A stretch of DNA of 64,000 nt. Source: Marsupella aquatica (taxonomy: Eukaryota; Plantae; Marchantiophyta). The notes below the pieces were generated by a model that searched no databases, was not told the DNA's origin, and worked only from the letters and a program-made list of their open reading frames with translations. Location: the NCBI GenBank assembly GCA_973895155.1, contig OZ316894.1, positions 14,808,599 through 14,872,598 of the forward strand. Direction: 5' to 3'. The translations under genes and the position numbers were made by a program. The stretch's first letter is position 1, and the number at the start of each line of letters is the position of its first letter. This document shows, one piece after another, positions 14,800 to 28,318 of this stretch.

Positions 14800-16160
14800 G
14801 CCCTTTGAGGAACTCAATTTCAGAGGGAGACAGGCTTGTACCCTTCAAAATTGGCAAAATATCAGGAATAAGAGGAAGTCAATCAACCCCACAAAGAGGG
14901 CGACTCCTACAACATACTTTTTTTGGGCAATAGCAAATCATTTTGGATATGGGTTCGCCCCTGAAAAGATGATGTCCCCTCACGACAAATCCAACAACAT
15001 CGTTAGACGAATGGAATCCAACTTTCTTGATATGATTTTGACACTCATCGCGATCAGAATTCCCATTGAGAGTCCCATTACACTAGGGTCCTGCTCCATA
15101 TTTGGACGTTCGTCGCAACTGCCACTGCCCCAGAGGGACATCCTTCTCCAGTGGAATAGTTTGTGGAAGTGGGTTCTAAAGTGCGGCTGGGGCACTGAGC
15201 GACGGTCTAGAGGATCTTGTTGCACGAGTTGTTTGAGGGGTATTGTCTAGTGATTAAGGAGCATGATTGAGGGGTACATAAAAAGGATCTCCAAAGTCTC
15301 CACCAAAAGGAGTGAGTCCTCATGATTTTTGCAATAAATTGGGGGGTGTTACACTCAAGGGCCGAGATGTAGAAGGACCAAATCAAAGGCTGGATTTGAA
15401 TATCAATAAAAAATGCATTAAGTATTCATTTGGATCGGTTGAAGTACAGTCTAGATGCGTAATTCCTATCTTGGACTTTAGCAAGGACGCCGTATAAATG
15501 TTCTCCTTGGATCCCGTGACATTGAATAGAGCAAGTTGCGGCTCGCAGTGTGTTTGAATACAAGGACTCATAGTCGATGCTTTTGACAACAAGGACTAAA
15601 GTGGGCAAGGACTCATAGTCGATGTTTGAAATTGATCGCGGATTTTGTTCTAAGCACAAGTGGCTTGAATTGTCTTGGGACGGGCACGCACCAACAGCGA
15701 AGGGCTTAGGGGTTAGGGATGGCTATGGTGGTCGATTACTCATCGAAGGAGCTTGCGCCATACACACGCAATGTGAGAGCTGAGTTGTTGGGGATGGGGC
15801 ATAGTTGGATAGTTGAAGCTTTGGATCGGGAGTTGATGATTCATCGTGGAAGTTTGATTTACAGCAATGCATCTCGGAGATTGCCCACAGGAGGAGCACT
15901 GTGATTGAAGCGTTGGTGGACCTCGGGTGTTTGTTGAGCTTTGCCATGGTGCTCGCAGGATCAAATGGGTAGGCAAGTTTAGAAGTATTGGCCTAGTATC
16001 AGGTAGAATCTGAATGCTCAGATGCTCCGCATCCCGCTCAATACCTCCCAAGTTCTGTCTAGTACTTGATGCGGTGCCTGACATCGGATGGCCAGTCTTG
16101 CTGAAGTCCACGATGCCCTAGCAAGAGAGAGATCAGAAAGGCGAAACCTTAGCAGACGCA
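14800..16160 (-). pseudogene. Possible decayed L1-type LINE ORF1 (DUF4283/zinc-knuckle region)
   Basis: GILI...SRKLDSIRLTMLLDLS followed by an FC.F remnant resembles plant L1 ORF1; heavily disrupted. Confidence 0.35.
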
Positions 16161-16199
16161 AGTCCTATTGTAATAGGTAGCAACGGATCACCAATGGAC

Positions 16200-19100
16200 A
16201 ATCGATTGCACATGGTGGTAATAGTAACAATGTGGCTGGACAGGGTTTGTTGGGAGATGCGCGAAACAAATGCCAGCAAATGATTTCATCTACTGAGAAT
16301 GAAGCGAGTAGAATTCGTGCGGAGGCTTCCCAAGAGGCTGCCGACATCATAGTGAATGCAAGTACACAAGCTACTAGCATCCTACAGTCTACACAATTAT
16401 AATGTGACAAATTGACACAAAGAAGACAAACTCTCTGCAATCGCATAGGCGTCAAGAAGCACGTCTTCGGTCCTTACATGGGCAACTTCTCGGTGAGAGC
16501 ATGCATGGCCAAACTTCAGAGCTGCAGCGGGAGAGTTCAGCTTCGAGGCAAGCAAACTATCAATCCTCTGCTTCAACAGAATTTAGAGCACAAGATGCTC
16601 AAAGGAAGCGAGCAGCATACTGGAAGAAAAAGGGTAATACACGCACAAAGGCTTGGCAATGTGGGTCTGCTGGTGATTTAGAAGACGAATTGAATTCCAA
16701 TAGGAGAACACGAAGTGTTCAGTCTCAGGTGTCTGTGGCGGTGACATCCATCCTGAGTAGATTGGACAAATTTAATTTGTCTGCAAGGAAGCTATTTTTC
16801 ACTAAGTTTATGCTCCATCCTTCCTTGAAGAAGTACCTCCCTGCAGTTTTTGGGACTCGTCGGAGAGATGTAGCGATACTTGCTGCAGTTGCTGACCTAA
16901 AGAATTGCTTGCAAAAAGTGAAGACTGCAAAGCGGAAAGACCATCTAGTTGCAAAGCAGATCTTGACAGTTGCATTGGCAGGCCAGGCCACAGTAGTGAA
17001 TAGGTATCAGACTTCAGTGGCTGGGGCTTTGGGTATCAAACGACAAATCATATATAAAGCTTCAAGAAGGAGGAAGTCCATAGATTCCGATTGTTTGATA
17101 AGGTTTCCAATGGGGGAAAGGAAAGTGAGAAGCGACAAAATTTCAGCTGAAGTCCGAAGAATTGTGGAAAAGTTTTGGGAATCAAATACTCGAATCTCTC
17201 CTTGCGCCAAGGACAAGGCTAGACTAAGATTGAGTATAAATGTGTACGAGGAGCATGGGGTGCATTGGCTGGAGGATACCCAGGTTAGATTTTGTTAATT
17301 TGTCATTATCAATGACATTCAAATAGGGTTTACAATAGGGTACAGGAGCTTTCATGTTCATCAGTAAGCAATTTGAACTCTACTGCATCTTTGTTAACAA
17401 TGATTGAATATGTTTTGAAGCAAGGCTTGCATCTTTTTCAGGTGGAGTTTTTTCTAAAATTCCAGGAGTTTTGCAGCAGAGACGAGAATGGAGTTAATAT
17501 AGGCTTCAGGTCTTTTCAGTATATGAAGCCTTACTACGTTCGTCCTATGAAAGACAGAAATGTTTGTTGCTGTAAGCAACATGTTGAAATGGACCTCTTG
17601 AAGGAGGCAATCAACAAATTCAGGAAGCATGAACACAGTAAGCATTGCTCTTGTGATTGCCCCATTTGCACATCAGTTGATGCTCCTTTGCAGAGTTGTG
17701 TAGCTTCTAGAACAACAATAACATCTGTAAGGGGCTGGATAGATGGAGCTCTTTGTCCAAGAGCTGAGGGGAAGCAGTGGCATGGAAAGAAATGTATCAT
17801 GGGTTCCTGTAAGAATTGTGGTGTCAACAAGTTGGATTGGTGTACATCTAAGTTAGATCCAGTTGACAAGCAATTTATTGAGTGGGAGACATTTCAGTAT
17901 TTGGAGTTAGATGAGAAAGCCCAGCAAAAGAGAGAGAAGAAAAAAGGAACAGACGAGAGTGCTACAAAAAAGTCAAAACGGTTGAGAATGGTGTTTAAGA
18001 GAACTTCAATGGGTGAATTCAAGAGTCAGGTTTTGAATACAATGAAGACATTCATTGTGCATAATTTCAGAGCACGTTGGCAGTCAGAACAATTCAAACT
18101 TTGTTTGAAAACTTTCCCTAGAGGAACTATAGTGTCATCTATTGATTTCTCTGAAAATTACACGTTCAAAATCCAAAATGAGATACAGAGTCAACACTGG
18201 GATAATAGACAGGTCACTTTGTTGATTCATGTCACTTATAGGCATAGAGAAGATTGTGTGGAATCTCTGGAGGCTGCTGTTGGAAGTACGGTTCAGATGG
18301 CATTGGATGAGGAGGGTGGTCGAGACATTATTGCAGATTATCATTTTTATATCAGTGATGACAATTGTCACGACACTCTCTTCGTCCAACATTGCATGGA
18401 TGCTCATAACCAGTGGATGAGGGAGGAAGGAATTCAGTTTGAGCAACATTGGGTCTGGTCAGATGGGGCTGCTTCACAGTTCAAGGCTTGCAGACCTTTT
18501 TATTATGTATCCAGATACTACAAAAGATTTGGTGCACGAATGAAGTGGTATTTCCATGCTTCAGGGCACGGAAAAGGTGTCGCTGTAAGTTGCAATATTA
18601 CTTTACATGTACATCCGCTCATTCCAGATTGTGTTTTAAGCTGAAGTTCCCTATAGTAAATTTGTTGTTCTATATTCATTCATCATCCAAGTTTCATTTC
18701 CTGAGATGAGTACTATGGTGTGTGCTTTTAGGATGCCCTTGGAGGCCACATAAAGCAAGGGATTGAGAGAGAACAGCTGAAGGGAATCCATGGACATCGA
18801 TTGGAGAATGCCCATGATGTGGTTTTGTTCTGCAAGGACAAATTTGCTATGGGCCAAGAAAAGGAGTATGGAGACGTCCAACTTGTTCGACGCCTGTTTT
18901 GGGAGATTCCAATGGGAGCTGTCAATCGCAAGAAGAAATGGGACTGTGATCCTATCCTAGGTTCCCGATCCTTACACTGCTTTGATGGATTTAGTAACCG
19001 CCTATCAGCTCTCCTTCAAGTCAGAGAACTTTGTTGTTTTTGTCCTCATTGCTTAGATGATGAACCTTTGCAATGTGAGAATATAAGTTGGGCTGGACAG

Positions 19101-19576
19101 TTTAAGCTCGTCATGGTGAAAGGAGTCCTGCCAAGTCACGTGAGAACTGATGTGGAAGAAATGGGAGTGGGGGAAGGACTGTACCAATGGGAGGATGGGC
19201 TGCTGGCCGAATTGGTTCAACAAGGTGACTTCTTTGCAGTGAAGGCTGAGATAGGTAACAAGTGGAATGTGGACTTCTACATTCTTCAATGTGAGCAGAC
19301 TTTGCACACCGTGAAGAAGAGTTTCAAGGACTCTCATGGAGAGGAATTTAACGAGGGTGATTTAGCTTTGAGGGCAGTGTGGTCTCAACATGTCCCAGGG
19401 CGAGATAACAAATTTGTGGTGAACGATCTAGCTGGCGTGTGAGCTACGCCCATGCTGAGACAGTAGTTCACCTTAGATTTGGTCTCACTCCATGTGAGGC
19501 AGGAAAGGGACGATATAGAATGTACACCCTTGAGCCTGAGACTCTGGCAGCAATATATGCATCCTTGGGTTCCTAG
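16200..19576 (+). pseudogene. Sola2-type DDD transposase gene with two GT-AG introns (17284-17441, 18585-18731); frameshifts near both ends
   Basis: CCCKQH motif, IDFSENY, QSQHW, SDD..HD, WSDGAASQFK and the spliced junction HGKGVA|DALGGHIK; an apparent 2-bp insertion near 19438 shifts the C-terminus, which would end at TAG 19574-19576. Confidence 0.75.
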
Positions 19577-19624
19577 CAATATGAAGGAGGATATTGAGGT
19601 GTGTTCACCATTTTTTCTCCATCA

Positions 19625-20210
19625 CCAGTCCTCTATTCTCCGTTTGAAGTCCTTTGTCTTTTGTCAGTCCTCAGTTATCTGTTGCTGGTCCTCAGTCCTC
19701 GGTCACTAGTCCTCAGTTCCTTCGTCCGGAGTCCTCAATCCGTTGGCTTCAGTCCTTAGTCTTTGCCATGAGTCCTCGGTTTCTTCCCTGAGTCCTCAGT
19801 CCTTTTCCCTGAGTCCTCAGTCTGAGTCCTCTGCCTCAGTCCTAAGTCCTCAGTCCTCAGTCCTAAACCCTCAGTCCTCAGTCCTTATCCCTAGTCCTCG
19901 GTCCTAAACCATCAGTCCTCAGTCCTTATCCCTAGTCCTCAGTCCTCTGCCCCAAATCCTCAGTCCTTCATTCTGAGTCCTTAGTCCTTTTCCCCGAGCC
20001 TTCAGTCCTCCATCCTTAGTCCTCAGTCCTCTACCCTGAGTCATCAGTCCTCCACCCTGATTGAGTCCTCAATCTGCCATCCCTACTCAATGAGTCCTCT
20101 GGCCCAAGTCCTGAATTAGCAAACTTTTGTCAATCCTTAGTCCTAAATTCCCAGTACCCAGTCTGCCCTTATGTCCTAAACAACTATCCTCAGGGTTTTC
20201 CTGAGTCTAG
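19625..20210. repeat. Degenerate (AGTCCTC)n array
   Basis: Dozens of agtcctc/agtcctt units downstream of the transposase. Confidence 0.9.
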
Positions 20211-20274
20211 AGTTAGAGCCCTGGGAGATATTATAGCCATGTACTTCTTGCTAAAAAGACCAAAATCCGTCTTA

Positions 20275-23200
20275 TGTTGTGGGAGAAATGAGACAAAGAG
20301 TTGGTACCATCTTTACTCTTGGTAGAATATGTACATGTGGCTACGGCCTAAGTAGTTAGGGTAGTTACATAGGTAGTTATCCCAAAGGTAGACTTAACTC
20401 AAGTATGAGTTACAACACTCCCCCTTTGTAACATTGGGGTTGAAATGTTACAATCAAGAGTCTACTTTGGGTATATTCAGTGGTATACAATAGGTTTTGT
20501 TTATGTCTAGCCTATTTTATAAATGGTGTAGCCATCTCAAGTCTACTATAAATGAAAAGCTTCTCCTAATAGATGTCTTATAATTCATGTTGCATGGTAA
20601 AGTGTAAGTGGGGGATGTAATCTCATTAAAACCTCCCCTACTTTCTTTGTGGGAGGAAAGAGTATTACCATCCCCATGGGTGTAACATAATTGGGTTTAA
20701 GCATATAGTGTATGTGTAATTTCTAGAAAGTCTCTTAAGGTGCTTGTCAGCACTATAGGCTTGTTGAAGATCTTCCTTGGTTGATTGTTTCTCGTGTCTC
20801 CTTCCAATCGGGAAATGGAGACTCCTTGATGGTCACCGATTATATGCCATGACAAAGCAAAGTATTAGTACAAAATGAAGATGATATGGTGTAATCCATG
20901 GCCTTGGAATTGGATTGGGTGTCCAACCCTAGATTTGGTGTGGGCATAACCTATTTGCACCACATCACGTACCATATCCACAACATAGGGTTATCATATT
21001 GGGGTATGGCGCACCATCTCTTATGGTGCCTTACCATGCCATGTCTCACCTTATGGTACCTTATGACCTGGTACTGTACCTCATATTATCATATGGTACT
21101 TTAATATCCAGTATACCTCATCAAGTATTGGTAAGTGATTGTGTTAACACCATGTTCAATCATTTATAAAAATTCCTTAGATTTCATGATTTGCTATATG
21201 CATGGAATAGAGTTCCATTTTTAGGTATTCATTGGTGCGAAAGGCACTTGTGCAATAGGCACATCCCATGGGTTACATTGCTTGATGTCAAGTCTTACTT
21301 GAGGTCTCCCCCTCAATTTGTCAAATATATGTCCTTTTTGCCTGGGTGTACAGTAGGCACCCATTTGTTTCCATGTGCAGTAGGCACGGAGCTGTTATGT
21401 GCAGTAGGCACCCCTGGGAAAAATATCTCCCCCTGAATTTATGAAATTAATTGGTGGAAATAACCATCATTAACATTTTCAATAAGTGTTTTCGTAGGTG
21501 CCTTAAATCGTTTTGGCATGGCATGAAGTGTTCTTGTGAATGTTAATACAAATCAACCTTGTTGCAGTTGGCTTTAATAACTCTGAAATGTTTTTTTTTT
21601 GTTTTCAGTCATCATTTGTCTCCGTGTAGATTCTGTACCTTAGCTTCTTTCTTTATGTCCTTACTTCATGTCTTGTTGTTTGGTTTTTCTTTCCTTTTGA
21701 AGAGAAAGTCTCTTTGTTCTTTAGTTCTCCATTCCTTAGTGTAAAATGGTCTTCTTAGAAGAAAAAGGTGGTGGACTGTCCTTTGGTTTGATGGCTTCTC
21801 TTTGTTTGCCTCCTTTGCCCGGCGTCTCGTCTTTAGCTTGTACCACGATCTCCGTCTGCACTGGACATCCTTCTCTCTCCTGGCGTTCCTCACGTTCTCT
21901 CTTTGGTTTTTCGGGTTTGTGCTTCCTTCAATGTTCTTGGATTTATCCTCCTTGCCTTCGGTGCTTATTGTTTCTCCTCTGTCTCGCATTCTTTCCTTCG
22001 AAGTTTTCAGTTTCTCCCTTCGCGTTCGATCATGGACTGTCTTTATATGTTCGCAATGCTGCCTGCCTTGCTCACGATCTGCGTTCGATTTCTGTAGCGT
22101 CTTCTCTCTTCCTATCTTTTCAATTGGGAATTAGGCGTATGGGTGTTCCTTATGAATCAATCTTCTGTATGAGGTCGCCTTCACGGACTGGAAATAGGAG
22201 GTCTGATGACTCATTCCAAAACGCAGATCTCCATGAACGCAGATCTCGTTCGGGTCCTTCAGGTAATCGGCCTCATCGCTATTTCCGAGCTCCAAACGAT
22301 GCTCATTGGTGATAGGAGACGAAAATCGAGGGCATAAAGATCAAATGTGCGGATGGTGACCTCCACCAGCAGAAAACTTCAAGCAATCAGTCGTCGAGGT
22401 CGTCGACTTGCAGGGAGCCATTTGGCCAAGACTGATGGATGTATTCAGATCTTCGAATACATCCATGTCAAAGATTAGATAATTCAATCTAGTAAAGTGG
22501 CCATGTTCTTCTGCTTCAAAGGGAGTTGATAGTCTGGATTCGACCAAAACGATATGGAGTTCCATCTGCATCTCAACTGTCTGAGCTTCTCAGATTCGCA
22601 AGATACGGGCGTGGAACGTGCTCGAAAGCTTGTTAGCTACCCTGGGGTTAGGGAAGGCGTAAGGGAATAATTCTCAAGTGACGTGAGATTGGGATGATGC
22701 TCTGTACGGTACTATCGTGAAGGATTATCGGACAGGGCAGTTTTTGCAGTAGAAACTTTGGTACGTTGACGGCATGATTGAATCCGAAAGCTCATAGACC
22801 GTGCGCGTGAATGTAGAAGGGAGCATAGTTCTGCAAGGAATAGTGGAGTAGCATGCGTCTGTTGCTTCTGCTGGGCCCATGCCTACTTCAAGAAAATAGA
22901 ATCGCGTTCCTCGATGGTTCCAATCACAGGCTCGAAGTCCAGGGAGCCTTTCTTTATCTCCTGCTATCCTTACGAGTTCCTTATGGAATTGAGGCTGTGA
23001 TCTGCGCCTTGGATCGGTTCTCTTATGTGATGATATTGATTTGCATTTTTGTTCTTGCTGTCCTTATCAATTCCTCTCGAATGTTTGATGAATGTCTATG
23101 TCCAATTTTCTTAAGAGTGCTCTCTCGTTCGATCTCTCTTCTTCTTCTCTTCCCGAGCGTTTTCAGTTTCTTCCCTTATCGCCTCGATCTTTCACTTGCA

Positions 23201-23834
23201 GTGTCCTTACGCAATGCATCCTATGTTGCTTTCGTTCATTGCGAATGCCTCCAGCGGTAGACCCTTATCAATCAGAGGTGTAGTTGGTGTGAGAGGCTTG
23301 CTCGCCAGTAAATGAGAAAATGCCTTGGCCACCAACTTCCGACTCCTCGAATGGCTGGAGTTCCAATCACTGACTCGTTTCCAGATTCGTGCTCGCGTCA
23401 ACAACACTGGCTTTGACTGACTGTTGCTATTGCCTTACTGCTGTACCGACTTGAAAAGCGTGCACCGAATAAGATGGCGCCTTGATATTCAATTCACCAT
23501 AGCCGGGATCAATTCTTCCTTGGCCTTGCTCCCAAAGAAAAATTGCTCATGCAGCGCTTCAAGCAGCTCTCGCAAAAAAAAACTTTGGCCCATTCAAATC
23601 ACGTCTTCAGGGCTCTCCCTCCTTTCTTTCTCTTAGATTGAATCGGTCATGGCCTAAAAATTCAGCCAGTCTTAGGCTCGTGCTGATAACGTGTTGTGGG
23701 AGAAATGAGACAAAGAGTTGGTACCATCTTTACTCTTGGTAGAATATGTACATGTGGCTACGGCCTAAGTAGTTAGGGTAGTTACATAGGTAGTTATCCC
23801 AAAGGTAGACTTAACTCAAGTATGAGTTACAACA
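20275..23834 (-). mobile_element. Non-autonomous Copia-like (Bianca-type PBS) LTR element, 3.56 kb
   Basis: Identical 143-bp TG...CA LTRs (20275-20417, 23692-23834), 5-bp TSD TCTTA, PPT AGGGGGAG next to the left LTR, PBS CGTTATCAGCACGAG next to the right LTR; no intact gag or pol. Confidence 0.92.
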
Positions 23835-23984
23835 TCTTACTTATATATGTACATTACAGTTGCTACAGTAGGTTGGCTAAAGTCTATCTGCTGAACTGTT
23901 CTTCCCTGCGTGAGCTTGACTATTTCTGTCACTAATATTTATGTGGATTGTTGTTCCACAGGACTTTGAGCTCCCTGAAGGTGG

Positions 23985-24084
23985 ACTAACTGAGGACTAT
24001 CCACTGATATGATTGTATACTAACTGAGGACTATCCACTGAAGGTTAAACCATATCAGTGGATAGTCCTCAGTTAGTATACAAT
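23985..24084. repeat. Direct plus inverted duplication with a perfect 30-bp hairpin
   Basis: attgtatactaactgaggactatccactga (24012-24041) is the exact reverse complement of 24055-24084; a partial third copy lies at 23985-24011. Confidence 0.9.
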
Positions 24085-25286
24085 AAAGGCTAAGCAGGCA
24101 TTGGATATCACTAGTGAAGGGTAGCATTGAATATTACTTAGTAACTTAGGTCTCTTGTTAGTAATCGCTATATATGTGCAGTAAGATGCACCTGTTTTGT
24201 AATAAATCCCTTGTGCACAATAAAGTTCATTTTAATTGGCCCATCTCTTGTCAAGCTTAGTTTTCAACTGAGAAGTCTCAAGTGGCGTGTCTATTTGGCT
24301 ATATCACTTGAATGTATTAATTTCAATCATCTGGACTTCATGTTTGAGTTTGTGTATTTACTGTCTAGAACATAGCTACAGTCCTTCCCATTCAAGACTC
24401 CCAATTTCCCAAAACATTTTTGGATCAACTATCCCTGACTAGTTCATAAGGACTAAGGAAGAGTTTGATGCGCTTCCAAATGGGACCACTTCCCAGCTCT
24501 AAGAATGGTTAGTATTCTCATTGTCTACCTGTTCCAGATCCAGAAAGAGCAGGACAATGTACAGTAGAGATTTCATATTGGAAAAGTCCAACCTAAGAGA
24601 ACTCAAAACCTACAACCCTGAGAAAGGAGGCTGGAGTTGTCATCCATTATATGTGCCCTGCGGGGATGGGATGGAGTTGAATATTTACTTACCACTGCAA
24701 GAGTAAAAATGCAACCTATGTCCCATAGTATACTAGAAGGTGGAGGTTTTGAAGTCAAGCGCATCCCAAGGTGGAGTTAAACTGTCTAACTTACTTCAAT
24801 AGCCGCTACTAAAAGGTAGTACTTATGTCCCAAAAGGTAGTACTTATGTCCCACAGGAAAGTCATTTGAGTGGGGAAAAATATACGCGCTTCAAAATATA
24901 TTCATGATTGCTCTTGAGTCTTAGTTTACAAAGATTGGAGTAAACATCCAAGTGTAATTGGTTCCAACTTTGTCTAACTACTTCACTATACTACTCGTAG
25001 GTGATCTTCATAGATTTCAGGGACTCAAATAGCTCCCCTCCAAAATTCACACAGGCATCCTTAAGTCTACTGAGCGGCCCCAAGTGGGCTTTCACCGGAG
25101 TAGTGTCACTACGGCTGAGCGAGTTCAAAAACTTAGGATTGTTGTCTTCCTTTGGTATGATCACATGTACACTACTATGTGGCTCAGGGAGGCTAGGTCC
25201 TACTTTAGGCTCACATTTAATAACACTAGTTGACTGTAAAGACCTAGCCACAGCAAGTGCTCGACAGGCATCTTTGTCTTTCTTTG

Positions 25287-25405
25287 TGATGCGGTCATAC
25301 CAGGGCTACTACACCAGATCCCATCAGAACTCTGCAGTTAAGCGCCTTTGGGCCGGAATAGTACTGGGATGGGTGACCTCCCGGGAAGTCCTGGTGCCGC
25401 ATCCA
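25287..25405 (+). rRNA. Full-length 5S rRNA copy (probable retrocopy) followed by an ATCTTTT trailer
   Basis: GATGCGGTCATACCAGGGCTACTACACCAGATCCCATCAGAACTCTGCAGTTAAGCG...AGTACTGGGATGGGTGACCTCCCGGGAAGTCC...GCATCCA, 119 nt. Confidence 0.95.
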
Positions 25406-26449
25406 ATCTTTTATCTTCAATGAGAAGAAGACCACACGGGGAAGAGGGTTTGGAGGCATTGCTGTCTACACCAAGAATCAACTTCAACACATCACCTCTA
25501 TTGAACATGAAGATCCCAACAAGCAGTTCATGGTGGTGAGACTTCATACCAGAGGTACTCCATCATTTCTGATTGTCACCTACTTTGCTCCCCTTAATAT
25601 GAATGTCCTTTTCATGCCTTGCGCTCATCTTCAGCTAAAGGGTGGTATGCAGATGTGTGCAGGTGGGCCCATGCTTGGGATTTTCCTGAACATGAATGGC
25701 CAACACACCCAACCAAGCTAAGAGCAAAACTTGAGCAAAAGGCTTTGCACAAACTTTGGCATGAACCTAGCCCACGGCAGCAATACTACATGAGAGATGT
25801 GAACCCCATGAAGAAATATCGAGAACAAGAATACTTATCTAGCACTATCTCAGTACAACTTAGACAACTTATTGCTCAGTATAGACTAAGCTCACACCAC
25901 CTGAGCAATCTCTTTTGGTTGCTCTTTTCTTTGATTGCATTGTACTTTACTTTTTGTGGCAGCTCCTTTGACTTTCATGGTCCCGGAGCTTATAATACAT
26001 TACCATTACCATTACCATTACCTTGAAGTAGAACAAGGGAGATGGAAGGATATTGACAGGAAAAAGAGGGTTTGTCAACTATGTGATAGCTCTAGTATAG
26101 AGAATGAATATCATGTATTCATTGCTTGCAAGTTTTATGAGGGGGTTAGGATGGCATCTCAAATCTTGGTGAAAGATTTGTATGCATTGTTTGGTCTGCC
26201 CCCTCAGCAACTTGGAAGATATATCTTTGCGGTGGATAGGGAAAGGAGAATAGGTTTGGAAAATCTTTCAGGGCTCTCTAGGTCCATAGGGCTCTCTAGG
26301 TCCATAGTTTCTTTGAGGACATAGTTGTCCTCTTCTGAGCAATCTCTTTTGGTTGCTCTTTTCTTTGATTGCATTGTACTTTACTTTTTGTGGCAGCTCC
26401 TTTGACTTTCATGGTCCCGGAGCTTATAATACATTACCATTACCATTAC

Positions 26450-27535
26450 CATAGTGAATGCCAAAAGTCTCTTTTCCCCTGAATGTGATCTTGCTTGCAT
26501 CCTTGCTCTAGCACAATCCTCGTCAAACCAAGCCTTCATGTTTTGCTTTCTAGGGGGTTTGGTGGAGAAAGTAGAGGCTGCTGCTTGTGCTATGACTTCT
26601 GAGAGCTCAATCTGATCATCCAGGGTATGGAGAAGATGTTCAAAGTTGGCTTTGAAGATGACTTCTCTATCAGGGTCTACAAACAGAGGTTTGGGTACTG
26701 GCTTTCTATGCACTTTGTTTGGGATTGTGGTCAGGTCAAGATGGAACAACAAAGGCAAGTGTGAAGACTCTGGTTGTTGATCAAGTATTTGAAAGTCAAC
26801 CACTCTAGTGGCAGAGGTAGGTGAGGCAAGAAGGTAATCAATGGTACTACATCCTTGTTTAGATCTAAAAGTGTAACCAGATGATTGGGGAAATCTCTCA
26901 AGCCCATTCAATATTCTTAGATTACAAGAAGCTCCCAAATGCAAAAAGTGACGTGTCATGTCATTTGTTCTGGTGTCAAGAGCCTCTCTCACCCAAGGTA
27001 TCTCTTCACTACATGATGACCAAGGTAAAGTTCCTAAGTCCTCACTTTCAGTAAATTGTTCATTATCTACCCTGGCATTAAAGTCCCCCACTATCCATGT
27101 CTCCCCTAGTGGTGATATATCATGAATGACTTGGATTAACCTATGAAATGGATAATGTGCATCAGCAATTCCCATTTTATAGACATTCATATTAAGGGGA
27201 GCAAAGTAGGTGACAATCAGAAATGATGGAGTACCTCTGGTATGAAGTCTCACCACCATGAACTGCTTGCTGGGATCTTCATGTTCAATAGAGGTGATGT
27301 GTTGAAGTTGATTCTTGGTGTAGACAGCAATGCCTCCAAACCCTCTTCCCCGTGTGGTCTTCTTCTCATTGAAGATGGATTGTATGCAAGTAAAGCCTTT
27401 AATGCTAGGTAGAGCATTTCCCTCATATTCCCAAGTCTCCGTGAAAAGCAAGATGTCAAAATTCTCAAACAAAGGTTCCCCTCCAATTGCTGTTTCTATG
27501 GAAAGTCCTGAAACATTCCATGCCATGATTCTCAA
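26450..27535 (-). pseudogene. LINE ORF2 AP endonuclease domain, truncated
   Basis: WNVSGL, LFTETW, GGIAVY, IVGDFNA, TIDY, SSHLP motifs. Confidence 0.9.
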
Positions 27536-27547
27536 GGTCCCAATCCA

Positions 27548-28318
27548 TCATTTAGAAACAACTCTCTTCTTATTGGTAACAACAGCTTGTCCATTGCGCA
27601 AGTAGGCTACCAATCCTTGGTCTTTGGCTACCCTCACCTTCTCAAGCTCAATTTTCCTTGCTTGGACTTGTGTGGGAGTCAGATCATCATCCAACCAAAT
27701 CCTTAGCCCTTTAAGCATGCTCCTGTTAGCCATCACTCTAGCTTTCTCGGATTCAGCTGCAAACTTCACCAAGATTGGACGTGGAAGGTCCCCCTTCTTT
27801 TGCCCAATCCTATATGCTTGCAAAATGATAGGGTCATGCACTTTCATCTGAGATTGGAAGAATGAAATTGCTACCTTCTTGGTGTCTTCCTTCTCCTCCT
27901 CAACAAGGCCTGATATTTTGCAGTTGCTGACTCTTGCATGCTAGTTCTTGTGTTCTTCCTCTAGTGCTCTCCTCTCCTCCTCCTTGGCTTGGACAAATTC
28001 CATATGTGATTGTTTTGCAGCCTGTGCAAAGGTTTTGAGCTTCTCCTCAATCTCCCCTACAGCCTCATGTATCACTGATTTCTGTGGGCACATACTCTTC
28101 TCCATGTCTCCAAAACACGATGCAAGCAATGAGAGTTGCTTACCATTCTCCTGAGTTTGAGATCGAAGATCACTAATCAACCTCTTTTGCTTGACATTCT
28201 CATTCTTTAGCTCCATCACCTCCTTGCTGAGCGTGGTAATCTCAATTGCGGAGTTTTCAGCCACAACTAAGATTTTCTCAAGCAAAGCCTTGAGATGGGC
28301 AATCTCCTCCGTTGCCAT
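27548..28318 (-). pseudogene. LINE ORF1 (coiled coil plus L1/Tnp22-like RRM-CTD), with one CAG>TAG stop at 27941-27943
   Basis: YRIG, PRPILVKF, IWLDDDLT motifs; this codon is CAG in copy 2. Confidence 0.85.

Noticed and set aside
23962-24012. Possible last coding exon of the Sola-like gene after CAG at 23959-23961
   Set aside because: The more plausible C-terminal frame ends at 19576; at most a UTR exon
25287-25405. Functional 5S rDNA array or Cassandra-type TRIM
   Set aside because: Single copy, no tandem units or LTR pair, and fused directly to LINE sequence
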